Assembly (NCBI GenBank): GCA_963705505.1
Contig: CAVPJU010000006.1
Span: forward strand, 128,001 to 192,000
From: an uncultured bacterium
Lineage (GTDB): Bacteria > Desulfobacterota_D > UBA1144 > Nemesobacterales > UBA2774
Length of the DNA: 64,000 nt
Direction of reading: 5' to 3'
Below the pieces are notes generated by a model. The model searched no databases. It was not told where the DNA came from and saw only the letters and a program-made list of their open reading frames with translations. The position numbers were made by a program, and so were the translations under genes. This document shows positions 53,996 through 63,202 of this stretch, one piece after another (positions within the stretch are counted from its first letter, which is position 1; each line of letters begins with the position of its first letter).

Positions 53996-54359
53996 TACTA
54001 GCCTCCTTCTAATTATGATGTTCCTAATCAGCAGCTGGATGCGTCTGACTGAATTCGATCTTACTTCTATAAACCAGTACGAACGGCATTTGGTTTCAGA
54101 TTCAAAACATGAGCTATAACCGAGACAGATCATTGAAGAAAACGGCGTTTATATGGTCTTATATCGTCGAAAAGCCGGACTTTTTTGAGACTAATGCCCT
54201 CCGCCGCCCATATCTACTGATACGAAAGAGCCGTGAAAACCATTCGGAGAGGAACTAACCCGGGATGATAGGTACTATGTATTGAGTATTGAGAAGACGG
54301 GCTAATTGGAAATAATTGGTTAATTGCGAATGAAAAATCGGCAATCCCAATTTTCAATT

Positions 54360-55121
54360 TCACTGAATCGTGGAGTTGTCCAGGTTTCCCGAGGCAAAAC
54401 TCCTAATATCGTCCCACTTCTGCAAAAAAGCCTTAAGCGATTCGTTGGCTTGACGGAAATTTCCCTTATCTAATAAACCGAGGAACTTCCACGCCTCTTC
54501 CACGGAGCGCTCACGTTCCAGGCTGTAGGGATTGATAACGGAGCAAAGCTCGCCGTAGTTTAGAACGATGAATCCGCTGGGATCGAAACCTGAAAGCCAT
54601 GCTTTAAGATCGGCCAGCCCTTTCGATAAATTGTCCTCGATATAAATATAGGCGGAATTATCCAGGTCTCCGGGGCGTCCTTTTACGACATCAGCAAGTA
54701 TGCCCTCGGCTTCGCTTAATCTGTCGAGGGCCGTGTGTACTCTTGTATCGTAATGAAGGGCGTTAAACCCCCAGTGGGTATAGAGGGTTTGCCTATCTTC
54801 CTCGCTGAAAAGTAAAAACCATTCGACCGGGATGAAATTCTCGCAAAAAAACAAGTTCGCCTTAGACTGGAACGGAGCTACATAGTATTTACCATCTTCA
54901 TCCTTCGTAAAAAAGCAGTGCTCTATCTCTTCCGCAGCGATTCCAAGGTTATTGGACAGGGCGTTTACGAAAGATTCGTATTCATTTCCGAACCAGACAC
55001 CGAACGGAGAGGTCGGACCGCCCCAATATAGTTCATAAAATTGAACATACTCGGACCAGTAATAGCTTTTATCCGTCATACTGTTCAGAGGTTCATACAA
55101 AACCAGAGTACTCTTGGCCAT
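54360..55121 (-). CDS. hypothetical protein
   Basis: 253-aa ORF with globular composition, filling the gap between neighbours. Confidence 0.75.
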   Translation of the reverse strand: MAKSTLVLYEPLNSMTDKSYYWSEYVQFYELYWGGPTSPFGVWFGNEYESFVNALSNNLGIAAEEIEHCFFTKDEDGKYYVAPFQSKANLFFCENFIPVEWFLLFSEEDRQTLYTHWGFNALHYDTRVHTALDRLSEAEGILADVVKGRPGDLDNSAYIYIEDNLSKGLADLKAWLSGFDPSGFIVLNYGELCSVINPYSLERERSVEEAWKFLGLLDKGNFRQANESLKAFLQKWDDIRSFASGNLDNSTIQ

Positions 55122-55326
55122 CAGAAATTAATAAACCAAAACCCATCTAAAATCAACGAAGCATCAAAATATAAAACTATAAGTTAATACGTTATTTGTT
55201 GACGGATTACATAAAAGCTTTTTATCCCCGCATACGATAAGCCCCGGGGAAGGCACTGCGTATATGACCGAAAGTCCATCAAAAAACGGATTGACAAAGG
55301 GTTCATATCCTGCTTAATATGATGGT

Positions 55327-56043
55327 ATGGCAGAAATTTCACTGGAAGAAATGATAAGAGAGGCAAAAAAAAGGAAGATAGACCTCGGAACCGACCCGGA
55401 AAAAACAATTAAAATCTGCTCTAGACTCGGTCTCATACCCAAACCGAAGAGAAAGAAATTTACAGTGGGCGGGGAAACAAAGACACATCTTGTATTTCCC
55501 GATGCGACTCTGGAGAAGCTCGCGCACATTAAGGCTCTGAAATCGGAAGGACTTACACTCGAAGAGATCAGAGACAGTTTTGCGCTCGAATATGTCCAGG
55601 GCGCATTAAAGGACCTGATCAACAACGCCGACGACGAGAAGGTAAAAGAGCTCGCCAATATTATCAGCAGGGAGAAAGAGCTCGAATCGATCGTAGAGGC
55701 ACCGCTCGTCTATCTGATAGAAGGAATGTCCCCGGAAGAAGCTAAAAAACTGCTCACATTATTCTTCGGTGTCGGGTATTATGCCCTCCTCGAAGCCCAG
55801 AAGTCGATCGAGGAGTTCAAGTTCAACGATGCCAGGAAGTCCCTGTTTAAAGCGATCTTCTATAACTCTATCGCCATATTGAGACTCGCGAGGACTACAG
55901 GCGACACAAAGCTCGAAGAAACCGCTTTCGAGCTGTATGAAAAGACCGTGATCGAGCCCATCGGGAGGGCGAGCGAACGAGTCAGGAAAGAATTCATCAA
56001 TTCCTTCGAAAAATATCTAAAAGACAAAGGCTTAACGAACTAG
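55327..56043 (+). CDS. MerR-like HTH protein with helical C-terminus
   Basis: GLIPKP..R, IKALKSEGLTLEEI; TTGACA-18-TAATAT upstream. Confidence 0.7.
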   Translation: MAEISLEEMIREAKKRKIDLGTDPEKTIKICSRLGLIPKPKRKKFTVGGETKTHLVFPDATLEKLAHIKALKSEGLTLEEIRDSFALEYVQGALKDLINNADDEKVKELANIISREKELESIVEAPLVYLIEGMSPEEAKKLLTLFFGVGYYALLEAQKSIEEFKFNDARKSLFKAIFYNSIAILRLARTTGDTKLEETAFELYEKTVIEPIGRASERVRKEFINSFEKYLKDKGLTN

Positions 56044-56075
56044 AAAGTTTTTGTCAGCTTAAAGGCATTATTAAT

Positions 56076-56330
56076 TTATCGGATCCTTTCCGAAATGTAA
56101 TCCGAAATACTCTCAATAGTCTCGAAAAAATCCGGGGTTATCTCGCTTTCGTCGAGCTTCACCCCGAACTCCTCTTCAAGCGCGACCAGAAATTCGAGCC
56201 TGGCAACGGAATCGATACCGACGCCGTACTCGATTAAAGGAAAATCGTCCGCTATCCCGCCGGGGTTCATTTCTTTGAGAACATTCTCGGCAAGGACTCT
56301 CCTTACCCTCTCTCTCGTATCCTCACTCAT
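56076..56330 (-). CDS. acyl carrier protein
   Basis: GIDSV (Ppant Ser), LEEEFGV; acidic, 84 aa. Confidence 0.92.
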   Translation of the reverse strand: MSEDTRERVRRVLAENVLKEMNPGGIADDFPLIEYGVGIDSVARLEFLVALEEEFGVKLDESEITPDFFETIESISDYISERIR

Positions 56331-56351
56331 TGGCCCGTCCCAGATTTGTTA

Positions 56352-57830
56352 TCATTTTAATTGCTCCCTTAGTATTTTACCTGTAGGGCTTCTCGGAAGC
56401 TCATGGCGAAACTCAATAATCTGAGGAATCTTATATTCAGTAATCCTGTCCCTGCAATATTCCAACACCTCCCTTGCCTCGATAGGGCGTCCTGCAACGA
56501 TCACGGCTTTCACGCGCTCATTCCCTGATCTGTCTTTTATGCCCAGCACCGCGGCCTCGGTTATATCCGGATGCTGGGAGAGGAGATTTTCCACCTCAGT
56601 CGGGTCGACCTTAAATCCCCCTACATTGATAAGAAACTTCCTTCGCCCCGTGATGTATATGTACCCCTCTTCGTCTATCCTCCCCAAATCCCCCGTGAAG
56701 TAGTAGCCGTTTCTGAATACCCTCGCTGTTTCTTCCGGGAGTCCGTAATAACCCGTCGTCATGGACGGGCTTCTGACGGCGATCTCGCCAAGCTCCCCGG
56801 CGGCGGCTTCTTTGCCGTCCTCATCAAAAACTTTGACTATGACGTTTTTGACCGGCCTTCCGACAGAATTAAACCGTTCCCCGATTTCATCCTCATCGCA
56901 GAGGTTAATCGATATGACTCCGGTCTCGGTCGAGCCGTAAAGCTGTCTCGGGTAAATGGAGAATTTCTCATGGAACCTGTAAAAGGTGCGCTCCTCCAGA
57001 GGGGCGCCTGCGGAAATAACCAATTTGAGTGACGACAGATCTATCGGTGAGGCCAAGTACGTTTTCGACAGTACGTCGAGCATAACGGGGACCGATGGGA
57101 AGGCTGTTATGGACTCCTTCACGAGGATATCGAGGACCCTGTTCCTGTTAAAATCGCCTGAAACGACCACGGCAGCCCCTGCTTTCACCGCGCTTATAAA
57201 GTTCCCGAAGCCGTAGGTGTGAGAAATGGGAACCGTGAAGAGTACCCTGTCCTTATGTGTCCAGCCCACGGTTTCCGTATGGTTGTCTGCGAGGGCCGAG
57301 AGGTTATAGTGGGTCCTGGCCACCCTTTTAGGTTTTCCGGTCGAGCCTGTTGAATAGAGATATATAGCCTCATCTTCCGGTCTGACATTAGAGTCGAGGG
57401 GCTGCCCGGAGTATTCTCCGGGAAATTTCCAGGAGGCTTTGTCCCCCTTTATCGAGACGGCTTCTATCCCTCTGCCGGATGAGGCTTCCGCAGCCGTGTT
57501 TATCAAATCGTCCCCGGTCACAAGAAGTCTCGCGCCCGAATGCTCCAGATAAAAACCGACCTCGCCGGTCTTAAACGAGCTGTTGATAGGGACGGACACC
57601 GCCCCGGACAACGACACTCCGAAAACCGCCGTCACGAACTCGATAGAGTTGGGAAGGAATATCGCGACCCTGTCACCCTTCACAACTCCGCGGGAGGAAA
57701 GAAGGGACGCGAACGCCCGGGCACTCCGGACAAGGTCTTCATACGTGACGCTTATGCCGTCTTCGATAACGGCAGTGCGGGAGGAGAATTTCTCGGCCGC
57801 AGATAAAAAGAGTCCTGATAGCGTATTCAT
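56352..57830 (-). CDS. ANL-family adenylating enzyme (acyl-CoA/acyl-ACP ligase)
   Basis: YSTGSTGKPK, YGSTE, TGDLG, LPRSPTGK. Confidence 0.92.
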   Translation of the reverse strand: MNTLSGLFLSAAEKFSSRTAVIEDGISVTYEDLVRSARAFASLLSSRGVVKGDRVAIFLPNSIEFVTAVFGVSLSGAVSVPINSSFKTGEVGFYLEHSGARLLVTGDDLINTAAEASSGRGIEAVSIKGDKASWKFPGEYSGQPLDSNVRPEDEAIYLYSTGSTGKPKRVARTHYNLSALADNHTETVGWTHKDRVLFTVPISHTYGFGNFISAVKAGAAVVVSGDFNRNRVLDILVKESITAFPSVPVMLDVLSKTYLASPIDLSSLKLVISAGAPLEERTFYRFHEKFSIYPRQLYGSTETGVISINLCDEDEIGERFNSVGRPVKNVIVKVFDEDGKEAAAGELGEIAVRSPSMTTGYYGLPEETARVFRNGYYFTGDLGRIDEEGYIYITGRRKFLINVGGFKVDPTEVENLLSQHPDITEAAVLGIKDRSGNERVKAVIVAGRPIEAREVLEYCRDRITEYKIPQIIEFRHELPRSPTGKILREQLK

Positions 57831-57846
57831 GCCGGGCAAATTCTCC

Positions 57847-58890
57847 CTATGGATATATTCCCGAACCGCCGAGCGATTCCGTTTCCTCAAAACCGAACAT
57901 TATATTCATATTCTGCACAGCCTGCCCCGACGCCCCTTTGACGAGGTTGTCCAGAGCGACGACCGTAATCAATCTATCCGACAGCAAGGTGAAACCCAGT
58001 CCACAAACATTCGAATACCTTACGTCTTTAATGCCGGGGAATTCATCGGATGCGTATACCCTGACAAAGGGCTCGTTCCCATAATATTTCTTGTAGAGCG
58101 CGGAAATAAACTCAGAAGTACGCATTTCTTTAAGCCGGGAATAAATCGTCGTCAATATGCCACGGTTAACGGAAACCGTGTGGGGCATGAAGCTTATGCC
58201 GACATCCGTCCCGGAAAAAGGTGAAAGCACTTCTTCCATCTCCCGCCCCTGATTATTCGAGGCGTTTAAATTAATCCTCACGTTTTCATTCGATTCGGGA
58301 AAATGGTGCTCGAGGGTCGGAGCGCGTCCGCCTCCTGACTCGCCTCCCTTGGCATCGGCGACAATAGAGCCCGCGTCTATGAGCCTCTCCGATAGAAGCG
58401 GGTACAACCCCAGTATGACCCCTGTCGCATAGCATCCTGGGTTCGCAACCAGTCTTGAATTACTTATATCCCTTCTGAAGATCTCTGGAATGCCATACAC
58501 GGCATCACTAATGTAATTTTTATATCTATGACCGGTATTGAAAAGCTTTTCGTACACATCGGGATTTTTAAACCTGAAATCCGCGCTGAAATCTATGACC
58601 CGGACCCCGGCGTCGAGAAGCCTGGCCGTAAAATGCATCGAAGAGCCGTGAGGAAGGCAGGAAAAGGCCACATCCACCTTACCCAGGTCTTTCAGTCCCG
58701 ATACGCTTCTGCATTCCAGATCCGAAAATCCCCTTAGATGGGGGAAGACTTCGTATATTTTCCTTCCTGAGAACTTCTCAGAAGTAAGCCATTCTATGTT
58801 TACGCCGGGATGGTTGACCAACAGCCTGAGCAGCTCCGCCCCTGTATAACCTGTGGCTCCAAGAATCCCAGCTTTAATCTTTACGCCCAT
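57847..58890 (-). CDS. argC: ArgC-family reductase with divergent substrate-site motifs
   Basis: GATGYTG, ANPGCY, DNLVKGASGQAVQNMN present. SGxSGAG reads GGESGGG and HRHxPE reads NNQGRE. Confidence 0.8.
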   Translation of the reverse strand: MGVKIKAGILGATGYTGAELLRLLVNHPGVNIEWLTSEKFSGRKIYEVFPHLRGFSDLECRSVSGLKDLGKVDVAFSCLPHGSSMHFTARLLDAGVRVIDFSADFRFKNPDVYEKLFNTGHRYKNYISDAVYGIPEIFRRDISNSRLVANPGCYATGVILGLYPLLSERLIDAGSIVADAKGGESGGGRAPTLEHHFPESNENVRINLNASNNQGREMEEVLSPFSGTDVGISFMPHTVSVNRGILTTIYSRLKEMRTSEFISALYKKYYGNEPFVRVYASDEFPGIKDVRYSNVCGLGFTLLSDRLITVVALDNLVKGASGQAVQNMNIMFGFEETESLGGSGIYP

Positions 58891-59084
58891 GAGACCCGCT
58901 TATTTTTTACTCTATATCCGGCAAAGGAATATTGTAATGAAAAAATACACCTCAAAACAGCTATTATTTCGATTCGACAAACAAACTCTATGTAAAAATC
59001 CAATATTCTCAGTTAATATAGGATAAGCTGTATGTTTTTGCGGATGATTTTAACCATAAACCAACTACTATGGAGGATAGGATC

Positions 59085-59955
59085 ATGGTTAAATTACTGA
59101 ATAAAAATCTTTTCCTTTTGATATTGCTTACTTTTGGTTTCTTTCATGTCGTCCAGTATGTGGAGCTGCGGCGGTGGGGGCGGGGGAGGCGGAGACAACA
59201 AAACAAGGATCAACGGTACGGTTCAACAGGTAATCAGCGGGCCGGTTTCGGACATAAAGGTCACTATATTTGAGAACAACAACAAGCGCGCTTCAACCAA
59301 AACAAACCAATTCGGGGAGTTTTCTCTGGGGTTCAAGCCTAATGCCGATACTGTTGAGATCGAGTTCAAGGGCTCCAATTATACCCTCTCGAGGTTTATA
59401 TCCGTCACGCGCGACAGTGATGTCGAATTCGATGTCACGCTGCAAATCGATAGCAGCAATATCATAGTTAACACCTGGACAGTCTCCCAGAACCCCGTAC
59501 ACGTAAACAACGATGAATTAATTTTCAACGACCTCGAAGCCGATTTTAATATCGACGGCAACGGGAACGATTGTATCAGGGCGCAAGGGGACGGCCGGGT
59601 GGAAATCACCGCCATGAGTATATCTCTCAGTGACTGCAAAGAGGGTATAAACGCCGAAAACTCCGCGACTGTAATATTCGAGTCTGATGAAGACATAAGG
59701 ATAAGCGCAAAGAAAAACGGTATCAAATCAAACAACAACGCAGTCGTCAGGATTGCGCAGACCGTTACGCCCATCGATAACAATATCTTTATCGCATCCT
59801 TAAATGAAAACGGCATAAGGGCTGCGGGTTCATCAGAGGTCATAATAGATCCTGAGAACACCTGTACGATCAGCGGGGGGACAAGTAAACCCGCAATAAA
59901 CCAGAGCGGGGCGGCGACAGTCGACCCGGACGGATGTACCCTTAGTAACGGGTGA
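59085..59955 (+). pseudogene. lipoprotein with beta-helix-like C-terminus; +1 frameshift in the signal peptide (probably a sequencing error)
   Basis: GGAGGA then ATG 59085. Removing one T from 59132-59135 gives MVKLLNKNLFLLILLTLVSFMSSSMWS-C-G8. Repeated (N/E)GI-x-A motifs. Confidence 0.7.
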
Positions 59956-60002
59956 AGTATTAATCAAGGGAATCAGTCGGGCGGGGGTAATTTGAATGGT
60001 GA

Positions 60003-62705
60003 TTAGTGTGCTTCCGCCCAGTTCTTGCCGGTTCCTATCTCGACTTTTATAGGAACCCTGAGCTTCCAGGCACCCTCCATTCCGTCCTTCACAATCCGCG
60101 ATATCACTTCCAGCTCGTCCTCGGGAACCTCGAATAGGAGCTCGTCGTGGACTTGCAGTATCATGCGGGTCCTGTAATCGGAGGAGAGCTTTTCCTGTAT
60201 CCTGATCATAGCGATATTTATTATATCCGCCGCGGAGCCCTGAATCGGCGTGTTCATGGCGGTACGCTCCCCGAACCCTTTCCTGTTCCTGTCATCCGAG
60301 TTAAGCTCGGGGATAGGGCGTCTCCGTCCCAGGATCGTCTCCGCATAACCCTTACTCCTGGCATCGTCAATCGATTTCTGGATGTATTCCTTAACCTTGC
60401 TATAGCGTTTGAAGTATTCGTCGATGTAGCTTTTGGCGATGGAAACGGAAGTCCCCAGCTGTTTTGCAAGGCCGAAGGCGCTTATACCGTATATGATCCC
60501 GAAGTTGATATTCTTGGACAATCTCCTCATCTCGGGGGTTACGAGGTCCTCGGTGACCCCGAAAATTTCAGAGGCAGTCCTGTTATGAATGTCGCTCCCC
60601 GTCATGAAAGCCTCGACCAGGCTCTCGTCTTCCGAGAAATGTGCGAGGAGCCTGAGCTCTATCTGAGAGTAATCGGCGGAGAGCATGATGTAGCCTTCCT
60701 CGGGTATGAAGGCTTCCCTGATACGCCTCCCCTGAGCGGTCTTTATCGGTATGTTCTGGAGGTTGGGTTCACTGGAGCTGAGCCTCCCGGTCGATGAGCC
60801 CACCGGATTAAAGGAGGTGTGAAGCCTCCCCGTACGGGGATTTATAAGCTTGGGGAGCGCGTCCACGTACGTCGATTTGAGCTTGGAGAGGGTCCTGTGC
60901 TCGAGCACCTTCTCCGGGACTGAATGGAACTTGCTGAGGTCGGTGAGCACCTCGACGTCCGTGGAAGATTCGCCCGTCTTCGTGAGCTTTTTCTGGGGCA
61001 GGCGCAGCGTCTCGAAAAGGACCTGGCGCAGCTGTATGGGGGAATTCAAATTGAACTCGTACCCTACCTCCTCGTAAATCGTCTTTTCTATTTCCTTGAG
61101 TCCGGTATCGAACTCCTTTGACAATTCCTTAAGCCTCGATGCATCGATTTTCATCCCGTTTATCTCGATGCGGGCAAGAACTTCTATGAACTTGAGCTCG
61201 ATGTCCCTGTAAACCCGGATCAGATTTATCTCTTCCAGCTCCCGGGCGAGTTTCTTTGCAAGGAGCATCGCCACATCCGCATCTTCGCAGGAATATACCT
61301 TCGCTGCCTCGAGCTCGACTTCTTCGAAGTTAATTTTGGATTTCCCCGTGCCCGTCACGTCCCTGTATGAAATCATCCTGTGGCCCAGATAGAGCCTGCA
61401 GAGCTCATCCAGGCTATAGCTTATTCTCGATGAATCGAGCATATGCGCGGCGATGATTGTATCGAACGAAATACCCGTGAGCTTTAGCCCGTACATCTCC
61501 AAGAGAACCAGTTCGTATTTAAGATTCTGGCCTATTTTTCTCAAGCCCTTGTCTTCAATGAGGGGCTTTAATTTCTCGAGCACGAAAGGGAGCGCGAGCT
61601 GTCTTGTCGAAGAGTCGGCAAGCGACCTGTGCGCTACAGGGACGTAATAAGCCTCGTGAGGGGCGGGACAGAGCGCTATGCCCACGATTTCCGCGAGCAT
61701 GGGATCGGTCGAGGTCGTCTCCAGATCTATAGAAACCTCTCCTGTTTCCTTTACCCTTTCGATCGCGCGGTGAAGACCCTCTTCCGTCAGGACGAGCGAA
61801 TAGTTATCGTAGGGAACGATACGATTCTCATCCGCTTTTGCGGCGGCGCTCCCGCCATCGCCCAGCTCGCGCAGAAGGTTCTTGAACTCGAGCTCCTCGA
61901 ATAATGCGCGCAGCTTTCCCTTATCGAACCCTTCATATTTGAATTTCTCGAGACCCATATCCACATCGATATCGGTCTTTATCGTGACGAGCTCTTTACT
62001 GAGGAGCGCGTCGCCCTGCTTTTCCCGGATGAGCTTCCTCTGTCTTTCGGCGACGTCGTCCAGATTCATAAGAAGGTTATCGAGCGAGCCGAACGTTTTT
62101 ATAAGACCTATGGCCGTCTTCTCGCCGATACCCTTAACCCCCGGAATGTTGTCGACCTGGTCTCCCATAAGGGCGAATACATCTATCACCCTTTCGGGCG
62201 GCACGCCGTATTTCTCAATGACATCCGGGACAAACGTTTCCTTATTCTTCATCGTATCGAGGAGTTTCACTTTTTCGGACACGAGCTGGCAAAAGTCCTT
62301 ATCCCCGGTGACGAGAACGACATCCATGCCCCGCTTCTCGTAGTCCCTCGCAATAGTGCCCATGATATCGTCGGCTTCGTATCCCTCCATCATGAACTGC
62401 GGGATGTTAAACGCGTCCACGACCTCGAAAATCTTTGAAAACTGCGGAACCAGGTCGTCCGGCGGCGCCCCTCTGTTAGCCTTGTAAAGCGGGTACATCT
62501 CGTTTCGGAAGGTGTCCCCCTTGGCGTCGAAGACAATCCCCAGGTACGCCGGTTTATAATCCTTCAGGAATTTGAAAAGCATGGAAGCGAACCCGTAAAC
62601 CGCGTTCGTCGGAAACCCTTTCGATGTCGTGAGTCCCCTTATCGCATAATACGCACGAAATATATATGAGCTGCCGTCGATGAGATATAAAACAGGTTTT
62701 TCCAT
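60003..62705 (-). CDS. polA: DNA polymerase I
   Basis: LIDGSS, EADD, DLET, DYSQIELR, NFGIIYG, QVHDEL. Confidence 0.98.
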   Translation of the reverse strand: MEKPVLYLIDGSSYIFRAYYAIRGLTTSKGFPTNAVYGFASMLFKFLKDYKPAYLGIVFDAKGDTFRNEMYPLYKANRGAPPDDLVPQFSKIFEVVDAFNIPQFMMEGYEADDIMGTIARDYEKRGMDVVLVTGDKDFCQLVSEKVKLLDTMKNKETFVPDVIEKYGVPPERVIDVFALMGDQVDNIPGVKGIGEKTAIGLIKTFGSLDNLLMNLDDVAERQRKLIREKQGDALLSKELVTIKTDIDVDMGLEKFKYEGFDKGKLRALFEELEFKNLLRELGDGGSAAAKADENRIVPYDNYSLVLTEEGLHRAIERVKETGEVSIDLETTSTDPMLAEIVGIALCPAPHEAYYVPVAHRSLADSSTRQLALPFVLEKLKPLIEDKGLRKIGQNLKYELVLLEMYGLKLTGISFDTIIAAHMLDSSRISYSLDELCRLYLGHRMISYRDVTGTGKSKINFEEVELEAAKVYSCEDADVAMLLAKKLARELEEINLIRVYRDIELKFIEVLARIEINGMKIDASRLKELSKEFDTGLKEIEKTIYEEVGYEFNLNSPIQLRQVLFETLRLPQKKLTKTGESSTDVEVLTDLSKFHSVPEKVLEHRTLSKLKSTYVDALPKLINPRTGRLHTSFNPVGSSTGRLSSSEPNLQNIPIKTAQGRRIREAFIPEEGYIMLSADYSQIELRLLAHFSEDESLVEAFMTGSDIHNRTASEIFGVTEDLVTPEMRRLSKNINFGIIYGISAFGLAKQLGTSVSIAKSYIDEYFKRYSKVKEYIQKSIDDARSKGYAETILGRRRPIPELNSDDRNRKGFGERTAMNTPIQGSAADIINIAMIRIQEKLSSDYRTRMILQVHDELLFEVPEDELEVISRIVKDGMEGAWKLRVPIKVEIGTGKNWAEAH

Positions 62706-62713
62706 AACCGTAC

Positions 62714-62742
62714 AGTTTAGGTTTTAAAGGGATGTGTGTCAA
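62714..62742 (-). promoter_or_regulatory. sigma70 promoter for polA (TTGACA-17-TAAACT)
   Basis: The -10 ends 8 nt before the ATG, with no SD. Confidence 0.7.
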
Positions 62743-62853
62743 AATGAGAGCGGCCCCATTCGGTCACTTTATATTTAATATAAATCGTGAATAATATCGT
62801 GAGAGTATCGTAATATCGGCCTTCACAAATATTTCGGTAAGGAGGGGGATACA

Positions 62854-63198
62854 ATGAAATACCTTTTGATTCAGTGGATCATAAGCGCGGCAAGCCTTTT
62901 AATCGTGTCGTATATTATTCCGGGCTTCGTAGTGGAAGGGATAGGGACGGCCCTCATAGCGGCCGTAATCATAGGACTGATAAACGCTACGATAGGACTA
63001 TTTCTCAAGATCATTACGCTCCCTCTCTCGATTCTGACGTTCGGGATATTCCTTCTAATCATCAACGCACTTATGCTGATGCTCGCTTCTTCGGTAGCTC
63101 CGGGCTTCCACGTGGCCGGCTTCTGGACTGCGTTCTTCGCAGCCGTGGTGCTGGCAATAGTCAGCATGATCCTTCGTCACCTGCTGGGGGAAAAATAA
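62854..63198 (+). CDS. YvlD / holin superfamily IV-like membrane protein
   Basis: GLINA, TLPLSILTFG...INA; four hydrophobic segments; AGGAGG SD. Confidence 0.88.
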   Translation: MKYLLIQWIISAASLLIVSYIIPGFVVEGIGTALIAAVIIGLINATIGLFLKIITLPLSILTFGIFLLIINALMLMLASSVAPGFHVAGFWTAFFAAVVLAIVSMILRHLLGEK

Positions 63199-63202
63199 TA
63201 GT

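Noticed and set aside
54303..54326. TAATTG(G) three times downstream of the 253-aa gene
   Set aside because: Short, irregularly spaced and in AT-rich DNA; not separable from chance.
59170..59193. G-rich tract as a phase-variation or G-quadruplex element
   Set aside because: It is explained by the in-frame Gly8 linker after the lipoprotein Cys.
62854..63198. Prophage signalled by the holin-family gene
   Set aside because: YvlD-like genes are common chromosomal genes, and there is no endolysin, integrase or structural gene nearby.
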